Shown here: in pieces, positions 1 to 9,577 of the stretch
How positions within the stretch are numbered: the stretch's first letter is position 1
How the letters are laid out: the number at the start of each line of letters is the position of its first letter
From: a virus
DNA length: 64,000 nt
Reading direction: 5' to 3' (one strand)
Virus record (IMG/VR): IMGVR_UViG_3300042463_000409
Span: 4,133 to 68,132 of that record
Translations under genes and position numbers: made by a program
The notes under the pieces: generated by a model
Databases searched by the model: none
Seen by the model: only the letters and a program-made list of their open reading frames with translations
What the model was told of the DNA's origin: nothing

Positions 1-1
1 A

Positions 2-1795
2 TTATCTTGGACTAATTATCCTAACTATACGTGGAATTCAAATACACAGAATAGCACGTCTAATGGTACTACAAACTACCAAAATCAGAACTATACGTTC
101 AATGGAGCTAACGGAGATAATGCAATTATTAGAGCTACTTTAACTTGGGCTACTACATCAGCTATGCCGTATACTGGTTACGATAGATTGATTGTAATTA
201 AATTTAGACTTAGGACTACAAGCACAGCATACACATTCAATCCTATTAAATTAAACTTTGTAGCAGGCTGGACTAGCCAGGGCGTAGAAACGCCTACTAT
301 TATGGAAACTCCATTATTGACTACTGTTAATATGAATCAGAACTTTGGCAAGTTTGTTACAGCTAAAGTAGATTTAAGTTCTGCATTACAAAGCTTATCT
401 TCTATAAGAGTTTCTTTTAGAGATACGCTTACAAATCAGGGTCAATTATTCAATGTAACGTCTTCAGGAGATGTAGATATTAATCAATCTTTATTGGCTG
501 CTAATAGAGTATATGACGTTACTGTTATGTATGAAATGGATAAGCTATATAGCATATACAATAATGCCATTACAATATCCGATTTTACCACGGCTCAAAG
601 CGAATTTACTAGCATGGGCTTAGATGGTTCAAATGGTAAAAACTTAAAGACAGGTCAATCATTGTATGCTGCCGACATCAACAGAAACCAAAAGATTGAT
701 GGAGGAGATTTACCTAGATTGCTTGCTCAAATTGCAGGACTAGATACGCTAGTTGCATTACCTAGTCAGTATACGATTGGAAGTGGCGGATATATGAGTA
801 TTCCTACATGGATGGCCAATGATGGTACAACTATGGCAGGAGTTACAGAATGGTGCATAGTTACTCCAAACGGATATGGTCAAGGAGTTGCTAAAGTACT
901 TGTGGATATGAGAGAATTTGTAGGCACAGGTATTACTCCTAATCAGATAAAGAGCTTACAGATATTTGATATTTATTCTGGTCCTGTTGAATACGTTAGC
1001 GAAGATGCGGCTTGGGCTTCATTTAAAGTTCCTTCTAACATGCAAAAAGTAAGTGACGGCACTTCAGTATTCTTGGGTAGTATCAGAAATATGAATAACG
1101 CCAATACTGACTATGCTTTACAGGCTGAATTCCAATTCAATGTTAATCCTAGCAATTCTTGGGGGTCTGTTACAGCGTCAAATTGGAAAAATATCACAAT
1201 GCCTAGAACGATATTTAAAACAGGTGCTTTAGGCACAAATCAGTTCCTAGATTTAAAATATCTATTATGGGGGGACGTAAACAGGTCTCATTCATCTAGG
1301 GTTGTATTGTCTGAAAATGGAGCTCCTGTTATTCAAGTTAATTCTACAAATGGATTTATCAATACTCCAAACAATGTATCTGCTATAGATGTTACATTAT
1401 CTAACATGACAATCACATCTAACAGCATTGAGGTACCTGTGTCTGTAAATACAAATGGGGCTAATATGAGCGGACTTCAATTTGAGTTTGTTTTCGATGA
1501 GTCTAAATTAAAATTTGAGGAGCTAGTTGCCAATGTTCCTAATTCTTGGTATATCTTTGCAGATAGTAAGAATGGCAGAGTTAAGTTTGGTTCTTTAGAC
1601 CAAACAAAGTCTATTCCAATTAAAGGAGAAAGCGTTCCATTTAAGCTTAAATTCTCTGCAAAAGAAAGCGGCGTTAATATGCTAACTTCTATCAGAGTAT
1701 CTCAGATAATGGACGCTAGTGATGATAAAGGCAATCAGCTAGGAATTAACTTAAACTCTACTCAAATAAAACTAACAGGTTATAAAAATTTTTAA
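2..1795 (+). CDS. Cohesin/dockerin-like domain protein (5'-partial)
   Basis: Frame is open from nt 2, upstream of the tracked ATG at 164. Dockerin/EF-hand-like ADINRNQKIDGGDLPRLLAQI; C-terminal cohesin-like IEVPVSVNTNGANMSGLQFEFVFDESKLKF. Confidence 0.65.
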   Translation, partial: LSWTNYPNYTWNSNTQNSTSNGTTNYQNQNYTFNGANGDNAIIRATLTWATTSAMPYTGYDRLIVIKFRLRTTSTAYTFNPIKLNFVAGWTSQGVETPTIMETPLLTTVNMNQNFGKFVTAKVDLSSALQSLSSIRVSFRDTLTNQGQLFNVTSSGDVDINQSLLAANRVYDVTVMYEMDKLYSIYNNAITISDFTTAQSEFTSMGLDGSNGKNLKTGQSLYAADINRNQKIDGGDLPRLLAQIAGLDTLVALPSQYTIGSGGYMSIPTWMANDGTTMAGVTEWCIVTPNGYGQGVAKVLVDMREFVGTGITPNQIKSLQIFDIYSGPVEYVSEDAAWASFKVPSNMQKVSDGTSVFLGSIRNMNNANTDYALQAEFQFNVNPSNSWGSVTASNWKNITMPRTIFKTGALGTNQFLDLKYLLWGDVNRSHSSRVVLSENGAPVIQVNSTNGFINTPNNVSAIDVTLSNMTITSNSIEVPVSVNTNGANMSGLQFEFVFDESKLKFEELVANVPNSWYIFADSKNGRVKFGSLDQTKSIPIKGESVPFKLKFSAKESGVNMLTSIRVSQIMDASDDKGNQLGINLNSTQIKLTGYKNF

Positions 1796-1796
1796 T

Positions 1797-2159
1797 ATGA
1801 AAAACAAGTTCATTTTAGTTTGTATCGTTACGCTTATCATGATGGCTTGCACTAAAATAGATTTAGTAATGCCAGAAGTGATTGATTTAGGCGTTAAATC
1901 AACTTCAACATCTATCAAGTCTATCAAGCAATCAGCTAACGTAATTACGGCTGAATTTGGAACTACTGCAGGGTCAAAATACTCTATTCAGATAGTTCCA
2001 TTTGGCTCAGACCAGCCTGTTAAAAAAGAAGGATTTACAGCATCTAGCGATGTTACAACAAAAATATTAGACCTATCAAATTTGGAAAAGAAAGATTATG
2101 ATCTTATTTTTATAGATATTGATGGGAAAGAAGTTAAATACCCTATAATTATAAAATAA
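1797..2159 (+). CDS. Putative lipoprotein
   Basis: Basic N-terminus, hydrophobic stretch and MMAC lipobox-like Cys; beta-rich mature part. Confidence 0.6.
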   Translation: MKNKFILVCIVTLIMMACTKIDLVMPEVIDLGVKSTSTSIKSIKQSANVITAEFGTTAGSKYSIQIVPFGSDQPVKKEGFTASSDVTTKILDLSNLEKKDYDLIFIDIDGKEVKYPIIIK

Positions 2160-2164
2160 ATTTT

Positions 2165-2485
2165 ATGTCAGAAGAACAACAAGAAGGCACAATGTCTAGT
2201 CTAAAAAAAACCGTTGTAGGTACTTTGGCTACAGTTGTAACAGCAGGTGGTGCTTGGTTAGGATCAACATTATTTGGTGGTGGAAGCGACGATAAAGCTA
2301 CTCCTGCACCAGCTCCTGTAATCAATATTACTAACTCTAACCAACAAGCTCAACAAGCTAGTGGTGGTACTACTATTATTAAAGAAAGAGTTGTAGAAAA
2401 ACCTGCAGCACAACCAGCTGCTAAACCTGAAAAGAATAAGAAAAAAGAAGGCGACGAGTTCAAAGAAGAAGCTCCTAAATGGTAA
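2165..2485 (+). CDS. Membrane-anchored low-complexity protein
   Basis: One hydrophobic segment then a P/A/Q/K-rich tail; tightly packed in the operon. Confidence 0.6.
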   Translation: MSEEQQEGTMSSLKKTVVGTLATVVTAGGAWLGSTLFGGGSDDKATPAPAPVINITNSNQQAQQASGGTTIIKERVVEKPAAQPAAKPEKNKKKEGDEFKEEAPKW

Positions 2486-2488
2486 TAT

Positions 2489-2629
2489 ATGGCTAACGCA
2501 CAGAAAAAGAAAAAACCAATGAGAAGCAGAAGGTCTGGTTTAAAGACTTCTGCAATTATAAAACACAATCAACAAATAATAAATAACATATGGACAGCAA
2601 ACAGCAATCAGGTTTTAAAGACCTGTTAA
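2489..2629 (+). CDS. Small basic protein (46 aa)
   Basis: Translated by hand: MANAQKKKKPMRSRRSGLKTSAIIKHNQQ...; fills the intergenic gap. Confidence 0.4.
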   Translation: MANAQKKKKPMRSRRSGLKTSAIIKHNQQIINNIWTANSNQVLKTC

Positions 2630-3186
2630 ACAATTTGATGCAGAAAAGATGGTATGTAACAGCCATCGTGCTAGGGATATTTGTTCTTATATTGCTAGGG
2701 TTATTTGTAGCAGTAGCGATAGGCATTGAAATTCCTGCAGGACTAAGAGAAATATTGTTACTATTGGTCGGAGTGTTTAGCGGTAGCTATAATAAGATTA
2801 TAGACTACTATTACTCTGACGCAGATAAGGATAAGTTACTTGTTCAAAAAATGGACGAAGAAGATGGTGTATCTCTTTCTCATGCAAATGATATGAAGGA
2901 GACCAATAAGCCATTTGCTCCCGCTATTCCTGATGCCTTTGTTGCAGGTGCTCAAGCCGCAAGAGAGCTAGCTGTTGTAGAAAACAAACAGAACTATGAT
3001 TTAAATAAAGATGAGCAGGAGCACAGACAGGCTATGGAAGTTGACAAGCAAGAGCATGAGCAAGAAATGGAGAAATTAGAATTCGAGTTTCACGCACACA
3101 GGCAATGTCAGCATGAATGGGGAGATGCAGATAATGATGGAGAATTAGAATGTCAAATTTGTGGACTATTAAAAAACAAAGCATAA
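2590..3186 (+). CDS. Two-TM membrane protein with coiled coil and C-terminal Cys/His motif
   Basis: Two hydrophobic helices, E/Q-rich coiled coil, CQHEW...CQIC. Confidence 0.65.
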   Translation: MDSKQQSGFKDLLNNLMQKRWYVTAIVLGIFVLILLGLFVAVAIGIEIPAGLREILLLLVGVFSGSYNKIIDYYYSDADKDKLLVQKMDEEDGVSLSHANDMKETNKPFAPAIPDAFVAGAQAARELAVVENKQNYDLNKDEQEHRQAMEVDKQEHEQEMEKLEFEFHAHRQCQHEWGDADNDGELECQICGLLKNKA

Positions 3187-4025
3187 TGAAAAACCTACCA
3201 ATACTACTATTTTTACTTCCAATATTATCTTTCTCACAAGTTAGTAATTGGAGAGGAGGCGGAGCGCCTCAAATGCAAAGAAGCACTCAATCGTTTCAAC
3301 AATCAATGCCTCAAAGAGACAATATCAGCAGATGGAGAGACGAATCACCAAGAGAGTTTAATAGACCTATAGAAACAAAACCAGGTTCAAATATTATCGT
3401 CAACGACCCTTGGCTAGGAAATGGTTGGGGTTGGGGTTGGAATAGATGGGATATGTGGGGAGCTCCTGGATTTGGAGCAAATTGGTGGTTCTGGCAGCCT
3501 AGTTGGTATTGGAATGATTTCGGATACAGACAACCTGCAAGAATATATGTTTACAAGGATGGTAAAAGAGATACTATTAGAGGGAAGAAGCCTATAATAA
3601 GCTTTGGTATTCAAAAGACAAAAGATAATCAGTTAGGTGGATTCTTTACAGTAGGTGGGAAAGCTTATCTTATAGCAGAGTATAACTCAAGCGTAGAAAG
3701 AGACAACTCAACATTTTACCCATTCGGAAGCATAACCCAAGTTGACTTTCCATTGGTTGGAGATTTAGTTCAAAGGAATAGTTTTTATATTGGGGCAGGT
3801 AAAAGAATCAAAAGAACAGGTATACATTTTATGATTGGCAGCATTAGTGAAGATGTAAAGTGGAGAGGTAAGGACGATATAGGATATATTACGTTCCCTA
3901 AGTATTTAGATAGATTTACTACAATTAAAGTAGGGGCTCTGCATGATTATAAAAATTTCACAATCAAGGCTGATTATGATCCTGTAATCAATAGCACAAC
4001 TTTTGGACTAGGTATTAACTTTTAA
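3186..4025 (+). CDS. Signal-peptide protein with W/G-rich region and probable outer-membrane beta-barrel
   Basis: Start reassigned to MKNLPILLFLLPILSFSQ; GWGWGWNRWDMWG stretch; alternating beta strands ending GLGINF (BAM-type terminal Phe). Confidence 0.6.
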   Translation: MKNLPILLFLLPILSFSQVSNWRGGGAPQMQRSTQSFQQSMPQRDNISRWRDESPREFNRPIETKPGSNIIVNDPWLGNGWGWGWNRWDMWGAPGFGANWWFWQPSWYWNDFGYRQPARIYVYKDGKRDTIRGKKPIISFGIQKTKDNQLGGFFTVGGKAYLIAEYNSSVERDNSTFYPFGSITQVDFPLVGDLVQRNSFYIGAGKRIKRTGIHFMIGSISEDVKWRGKDDIGYITFPKYLDRFTTIKVGALHDYKNFTIKADYDPVINSTTFGLGINF

Positions 4026-4028
4026 TAT

Positions 4029-4742
4029 ATGAAAAAAATATTATTCTTTGTAACATTTTTATATACAAATTTGTTACAAGCTCAGGTTGCTAAAACAACT
4101 ACAGAGAATTACAAGGCTTCGTTTGAGACAAAGATTGATATAAGTCAGTTTATGGATTATGACGGACCTACTATACCAATACAAATACTTAAATGCGGAA
4201 TATCAGATGAAATGTATGAACAATACCCTGAGCTCAAAGAGAAAAGGGTCGGCCTTGGCGTCGCTAATATCACGCTGGAATATCTTGAAAACCTCAACAG
4301 ATTCACGTTTACAGAAGACAAGACAGAGATTAAGAATAGAATGGTTAAGCAATTCCAAGCGAGCCAATCAGGAATCACTCAAGATAAGTTGGACGGACGA
4401 GGAAAGATTAGACTAGCTCATTACTTTGTTGAGATAGAATGTTATGACTATAGCGTATCTGAAGATGAAGAAATAAGGGTAAAGGACGGAATAAAGGAAA
4501 CTGTAGTTACTCGTATAGGTCTACAAGTTAGATTTACTAACGCAGAAACAGGGGAAATTATTGCCGCTTCTGGTCTTGGTGAAGCAAAGACAACTAGGGA
4601 AGCAAGTTTGTTAAACGACGCTAACTTATCAGAAGTTAAATTTAATCAATCTACCATAGGAACAGCAACTAAAAAAGCGCTAGATATTGCGTGCGCTCGC
4701 ATCCTAAGTAGAATGGTTAAAAAGAATGTCTTTACGAAATAA
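4029..4742 (+). CDS. CsgG/HfaB-like (curli assembly/transport family) protein
   Basis: Signal peptide; GLGVANITLEYLENLNRFTFTE and IGLQVRFTNAETGEIIAASG match the CsgG-family pattern. Confidence 0.65.
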   Translation: MKKILFFVTFLYTNLLQAQVAKTTTENYKASFETKIDISQFMDYDGPTIPIQILKCGISDEMYEQYPELKEKRVGLGVANITLEYLENLNRFTFTEDKTEIKNRMVKQFQASQSGITQDKLDGRGKIRLAHYFVEIECYDYSVSEDEEIRVKDGIKETVVTRIGLQVRFTNAETGEIIAASGLGEAKTTREASLLNDANLSEVKFNQSTIGTATKKALDIACARILSRMVKKNVFTK

Positions 4743-5964
4743 GTTTATTTTACTTTACATATCAGTAGTATTACTACCAATATTCTCGTATTCTCAAATA
4801 ATTACGAGCACTTTCGTAGATCCGTGCACTAAGAAGGTTACAACATTTGTAGTCCCTATGCAAGGAACCACTATAGTGTTTATGGGTAAGTCAAGATACT
4901 TTACATCGGCAGATGTATCTAATGGCAATTTGATGGCGTGGATAAATCGGGTATATGCTGAATATGCAGCCCCGTGCCCTGTGGCTCAAGTAACTACACA
5001 GGTAGCAACACAGACTGTCGCTAATGCGGTAGCAGCAAGTGTAGCAGCAGCAGCTCCACCTCCTCCGCCACCAACTCCGCCTCCCGCACCAGCTGCATCG
5101 TCATCGTCGTCACAAAGTGGGGGTAGTTCTAGCTCATCTTCGTCACAAAGTGAGGGCAGTTCTTCTAAAAGCGAAGGAGGCTCATCAAAAAGCGAAGAAA
5201 GTTCGTCTAAAAGCGAAAGCAAAGAGGAGTCTAAATCTGAATCTAAGGAGGATAGTAAAGAGGAGAAAAAGGAGGATAAGAAGGAAGAAAAGAAAGAAGA
5301 GAAGAAGAAAGGGGGTAACAAAGCGGCAATGACGCCAATAGTTTTCTCTTCTGATTTAAGTTCTGTTCAAGTGATTGACGGAGACTTTAATTTAATGGCT
5401 AATTTAGGCCTTTCTAGGTCATCTTTAGCTGGAGATGTGTCTTACGGCACTACGGCAATTATATGGTCAAATTTGAAGCAATTTGCCCTATCTAGCAGGT
5501 ATTCTAAGATGCAGTTTAAAGACAACCAATTATGTGGCATATCTACCTACTCTTATACAACGGCTTACAATGATGGGAGTTTCACGCATATAGGGGCGTA
5601 TTCTTATGTAACGATGGTTAAATCCTACATTTTAGGGTACAATCTAGCTGTTATAGGCATGAGAATACCATCTGAAACAGCTAAACAAATATTTACTATG
5701 AGCTCTGTTACGTTGTTTGGTATGAGAGCTATAGTTATTAATCGTAGGATTACGATAATACCTGAGTTCTTTTTAATGGGAGCTCCTGTATCGTATGCTA
5801 TGGGGTCTAGGGACTTAGGGGTCAATAAGCAGATATCTTATATATTTGGGAATACGTTTGACTTGGCTTTATCCAAGAAGTTCAGGATAAGTGCCAATCT
5901 TAAGTATATGGGAGGTCCTAGCAAGACAATTGGACTATTGGTAGGCTCTAGATTTAATTTGTAA
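4726..5964 (+). CDS. Signal-peptide protein with P/S/EK-rich linker and C-terminal beta-barrel-like domain
   Basis: Signal peptide, two-Cys N-domain, poly-P/poly-S/EEKK linker, amphipathic strands ending GSRFNL. Confidence 0.6.
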   Translation: MSLRNKFILLYISVVLLPIFSYSQIITSTFVDPCTKKVTTFVVPMQGTTIVFMGKSRYFTSADVSNGNLMAWINRVYAEYAAPCPVAQVTTQVATQTVANAVAASVAAAAPPPPPPTPPPAPAASSSSSQSGGSSSSSSSQSEGSSSKSEGGSSKSEESSSKSESKEESKSESKEDSKEEKKEDKKEEKKEEKKKGGNKAAMTPIVFSSDLSSVQVIDGDFNLMANLGLSRSSLAGDVSYGTTAIIWSNLKQFALSSRYSKMQFKDNQLCGISTYSYTTAYNDGSFTHIGAYSYVTMVKSYILGYNLAVIGMRIPSETAKQIFTMSSVTLFGMRAIVINRRITIIPEFFLMGAPVSYAMGSRDLGVNKQISYIFGNTFDLALSKKFRISANLKYMGGPSKTIGLLVGSRFNL

Positions 5965-5969
5965 ATTTG
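5962..5969 (+). promoter_or_regulatory. Bacteroidota sigma-A -7 element (lysis operon)
   Basis: TAAATTTG fits TAnnTTTG, 17 nt upstream of the ATG at 5987. Confidence 0.55.
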
Positions 5970-5986
5970 CGTTAAATTATAAAACA

Positions 5987-6598
5987 ATGAAGAAAACATT
6001 ACAAGTAGTTGGTCTTTTTATGATAGTTGCCTTGGCGGTATACATCAAGTTAAATGGTGTTCATAACCCATTTTCTCCTACAATCAAATATGTAAATGGT
6101 AAACCATACGAGGTTATTAAACATGATATCGATACTACATATATCGACAAAGTAACCATCAAGAAGGTAAAAGGGGAAGATATCTACCACGATACTACCA
6201 TTTATGTAACTATTCCTGTAGATAAGCCTATTGATACAATGGCTATCTTGATGCATTACTATGCAAAGAATGTATACAAGGATACTTTACTACTCAATGA
6301 CTCACTAGGATACGTAGCTATTACAGATACAATCAGCAAGAATGCTATTGTTAGCAGATTATACAACGCTAAAGTAAAAGAGCGTACTATCAAAGAGACA
6401 ACTATTGTTAAGGAGTTACCTAAAATGCAGATATTCTGGGGTTTGGGTGCTTCGTTTGATAAGGTTAACTTTGTGAATAACGTACAAGCCAATTTTCTCA
6501 TAAAAACGAAGTGTGATAAAATTTACGGCGTAGGGGCAGGTGTGGACATAAACAAAGTTCCATTTGTAAATGCGTCATTATATTGGAAAATTAAATAA
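5987..6598 (+). CDS. Lysis-cassette membrane protein (spanin candidate)
   Basis: N-terminal TM, DT-rich extended region, C-terminal beta hairpin ending YWKIK; adjacent to holin and endolysin. Confidence 0.45.
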   Translation: MKKTLQVVGLFMIVALAVYIKLNGVHNPFSPTIKYVNGKPYEVIKHDIDTTYIDKVTIKKVKGEDIYHDTTIYVTIPVDKPIDTMAILMHYYAKNVYKDTLLLNDSLGYVAITDTISKNAIVSRLYNAKVKERTIKETTIVKELPKMQIFWGLGASFDKVNFVNNVQANFLIKTKCDKIYGVGAGVDINKVPFVNASLYWKIK

Positions 6599-6599
6599 T

Positions 6600-6848
6600 A
6601 TGAAAGAGTTTTTACTTAGAATGTTCAGTGACAAGTCTGACGTAAATCAAAAGGCTGTACTAGGTTTTGTATCATTTGTATTAATGGTTCTATATGCACT
6701 AGCAGACATCGTTACAGGTGTGGCAGGTGTTACATTTGTTATCGAACCTATTGTATTCAATGGCTTAATGTATACCGCAATGACTATGTGTGGCATTACA
6801 GGAGTAGAAGCTGTATTTGGTAACAAAAACTTAAAAGAAAAGCAGTAA
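6600..6848 (+). CDS. Putative holin
   Basis: Two TM helices and charged C-terminus; stop overlaps the endolysin start; start set at MKEFLLRMF. Confidence 0.55.
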   Translation: MKEFLLRMFSDKSDVNQKAVLGFVSFVLMVLYALADIVTGVAGVTFVIEPIVFNGLMYTAMTMCGITGVEAVFGNKNLKEKQ

Positions 6849-7444
6849 TGAAACTAGATAAGCTAAAAGGTCATATACCAGATTCTGTAATAGCTCAGAT
6901 TCCATTAGTTTCTGAAAAATTCGGTGTGAATACTCCGTTGCGTTTGGCTCATTTTTTAGCTCAAACAGGACATGAATCAGGTGGATTCAGGGCAACTGCT
7001 GAAAACCTAAACTATAGCGCAAAGGGATTGACTAATATATTCAAGAAGTATTTTACTCCAATAAGTGCCAAAGAGTTTGAACGTAAGCCTGAAAAGATTG
7101 CTAATATAGTTTACGCAAACAGAATGGGCAACGGGAATCAAGCGAGTGGAGATGGCTTTAAATTTAGAGGGAGAGGTTATATTCAATTGACAGGCAGAAG
7201 CAACTATACAGCATTCGACAAATCTGTTGATGATGATATAATTGCTAACCCTGATTTAGTTTCTACAAAATACCCTCTTCTTTCTGCTGCATGGTTTTGG
7301 TCTAAGAATGGTTTAAATGCTATATCTGACCAAGGCGCATCGGAAGATGTAGTAACAAAGATTACAAAGAGAGTTAATGGCGGTGTCATAGGACTTCCTG
7401 ATAGAATTAAACACTTCAAAGAGTATCATCAATTATTATCATGA
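6848..7444 (+). CDS. Endolysin, glycoside hydrolase family 19
   Basis: AHFLAQTGHESGG, FRGRGYIQLTGRSNY, SAAWFW, TKRVNGG motifs. Confidence 0.92.
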   Translation: MKLDKLKGHIPDSVIAQIPLVSEKFGVNTPLRLAHFLAQTGHESGGFRATAENLNYSAKGLTNIFKKYFTPISAKEFERKPEKIANIVYANRMGNGNQASGDGFKFRGRGYIQLTGRSNYTAFDKSVDDDIIANPDLVSTKYPLLSAAWFWSKNGLNAISDQGASEDVVTKITKRVNGGVIGLPDRIKHFKEYHQLLS

Positions 7445-7587
7445 TACCTAGAGCAATATTCATAAGTATGATACTATTAATCGTTTATCTTTTTATATCT
7501 TTAGTTATATCAGATAGAAAAGTAAGTAGACAAGAAAAAGAAATTAAAGTTCTTAAAGAAGAGCTTGAATTATATAAAAAATGGTAA
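7441..7587 (+). CDS. Small TM + coiled-coil protein (48 aa)
   Basis: MIPRAIFISMILLIVYLFISLVISDRKVSRQEKEIKVLKEELELYKKW; ATGA overlap with the endolysin stop. Confidence 0.5.
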   Translation: MIPRAIFISMILLIVYLFISLVISDRKVSRQEKEIKVLKEELELYKKW

Positions 7588-7615
7588 ATAACAAACCCGA
7601 ACAACCTGGTAACAT

Positions 7616-7897
7616 ATGCCTAGAAACAATAACGCTGGAAAGCATCCGAGCTATCTGCGTCTCAACTGGAGCCCAAGCTCAATAAAGAGAAAAAGGGAAT
7701 ACGATAAAAAGTATAGCTCTTCTGAAAAACAGAAGAAGTATCGAGTTGAACTAAACAGAGCAAACAGGGAGGCTGGTACTTATGGTAACGGCGACAATAA
7801 AGATATGAGCCATACTAAGTCAGGTAAACTTAAAATGGAACACCAGAGGTTAAATAGAGCTAGGAACGGGCGTAACGGTAAATCAACCAAGAAGTAA
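7616..7897 (+). CDS. Basic HNH-like protein
   Basis: GNGDNKDMSH...HQRLNRARN resembles minimal phage HNH nucleases. Confidence 0.5.
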   Translation: MPRNNNAGKHPSYLRLNWSPSSIKRKREYDKKYSSSEKQKKYRVELNRANREAGTYGNGDNKDMSHTKSGKLKMEHQRLNRARNGRNGKSTKK

Positions 7898-7922
7898 TAT
7901 ATTTGCAAAAATTAACAGATAA

Positions 7923-8138
7923 ATGGAGCATCCTTTAAAGATTTCGGATTCGGTAGGAATACCAAGTACGCTAGGGGCAATCACTTTAAATATTATGCAG
8001 ATGCTTAATTTATCAAACATTAATATGGTATTAACTTTAGTGATTTCACTATTGTCAATAACATATCTGTTAATCAACATCTCTATCAAGTATAGAGAAC
8101 TAAAGAAGGTAAAGAAGGGAAAAAATAACCCTTCTTAG
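7923..8138 (+). CDS. Small membrane protein (holin-like)
   Basis: Hydrophobic core with basic C-tail; preceded by TATATTTG at 7898-7905. Confidence 0.5.
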   Translation: MEHPLKISDSVGIPSTLGAITLNIMQMLNLSNINMVLTLVISLLSITYLLINISIKYRELKKVKKGKNNPS

Positions 8139-8302
8139 CCTTTTTTTCTGTAGTCTACTTTCCCAACATCATACTTGTATACAATAGCTCTAATTTTAGA
8201 TTGCAACAACTGAAGATAATCTTCTATTCTCTTTTTCTCTGCCATTAAAACTTCTAAGTCTTTTGAATCATTAACAGATTCATCCATTTTGATTATCTTC
8301 AT
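8135..8302 (-). CDS. Small coiled-coil protein (55 aa)
   Basis: MKIIKMDESVNDSKDLEVLMAEKKRIEDYLQLLQSKIRAIV...; minus-strand TATATTTG at 8360-8367 upstream. Confidence 0.5.
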   Translation of the reverse strand: MKIIKMDESVNDSKDLEVLMAEKKRIEDYLQLLQSKIRAIVYKYDVGKVDYRKKG

Positions 8303-8510
8303 AGTATCTAATTATTATTATTATGATTATTTCAGTGCATCCGATTCCAGAAACAGATCCAAATATACAATTTCAGGTGATATATTTATGCACTAAAATG
8401 GACCCCATTGATTTACTGAGCACTTCATATATAAATGATTTTATATCTGATGATGAAGGAGTCGACGGGGGGATTGACGACCCCTTCTTGTTATCATATA
8501 TATACGCTAA

Positions 8511-9551
8511 TTAAAATATGTGGCTGAATCTTGCAATCTGCCCGTGCAGTTTGTGATGCAAGAAACCTTCAACGGCCTTTGGTGCATGCACATATCCATT
8601 TCTGTGATGCCATGAATCAGCTCCTGACGGACTTCTTAAAGCCTCGATAGTAACTCCCATGATATCTTTTGAACGCTTGTGGTGAATGTGATGAATGTAA
8701 AAGTATTTGTGTTTACAAGAAGACCAGTCAGTTCCTGACTCGTGAGCCATAAGCAATGGTAAATCATTTTCTTTTGCTCCGTCTCCGTGTGTAGTACCTA
8801 TAAGGTTGTTATAGTATCTGTAATATTTTCTGTGGTTGATAGAGCAATTAAATTCAACATTCTTATCTCTACTGAACCAAGACTGAATTGTATCAGCTAA
8901 AAAGAAACCATTTGTGTAATCGTGGTTAGAAGGGTCGTACTGCACAAATACATTAGATACTTCTCTAAGTGTTTCAATAATCTCTACATGCAATCTTTTA
9001 GCAATCAAGAAATTATCATACCACATTCCGTCTGTATCTTGCGGAGTTCCAGATGTAGTCTGTCTTTTAGGTGTATCTACATGCAGGATATCGTTTCCGA
9101 TAACGTATAGTATTTGGTCTACATTGAACGCAGAAGCTTTTTCAAGTATACCATACACACCTTGCATAACTCTATCAACAGCTATCTTGTTATTATACTC
9201 GTCATTTGTTTCAAATGCAGAGCATAGTTTACCGATATGTATATCGGCAGGGTCAATAACCAAAAGATGTGCATCTTCGGGTCTGTTAAACGGAGTTCTT
9301 TGAATCTCTAAATACTCAGGAGCATATTCTTTCATTTCTGATATAATAGCGTCCTTGACGTCATTATAACTTACTTGAGCTCCCTTGACATTAATTGAGA
9401 AGTGTTCTCCTTTGAACCAATAGTGCTTAACATCTTGTACAGGAATGCCTTGTTTTTCGCATTCCTCAGAAAGCGCTTCGTGTTGAGACCTGATATCTTT
9501 TAAGATATCGAATTCGGCCTCTGTAATCCGAGGTCTGATTTCTTTTTTCAT
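8511..9551 (-). CDS. Calcineurin-like metallophosphoesterase
   Basis: DIHIG, GNDILH, SNHD, THGD, HHIHH metal-binding motifs. Confidence 0.8.
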   Translation of the reverse strand: MKKEIRPRITEAEFDILKDIRSQHEALSEECEKQGIPVQDVKHYWFKGEHFSINVKGAQVSYNDVKDAIISEMKEYAPEYLEIQRTPFNRPEDAHLLVIDPADIHIGKLCSAFETNDEYNNKIAVDRVMQGVYGILEKASAFNVDQILYVIGNDILHVDTPKRQTTSGTPQDTDGMWYDNFLIAKRLHVEIIETLREVSNVFVQYDPSNHDYTNGFFLADTIQSWFSRDKNVEFNCSINHRKYYRYYNNLIGTTHGDGAKENDLPLLMAHESGTDWSSCKHKYFYIHHIHHKRSKDIMGVTIEALRSPSGADSWHHRNGYVHAPKAVEGFLHHKLHGQIARFSHIF

Positions 9552-9577
9552 GTATTTATGGGTTAGGTTTTGCTAAA

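Noticed and set aside
4986-5332. Alternative-frame ORFs over the S/E/K-rich linker, and similar antisense ORFs in portal, cargo and fibre genes
   Set aside because: Shadow ORFs caused by low-complexity or biased coding sequence; no motifs or leaders.
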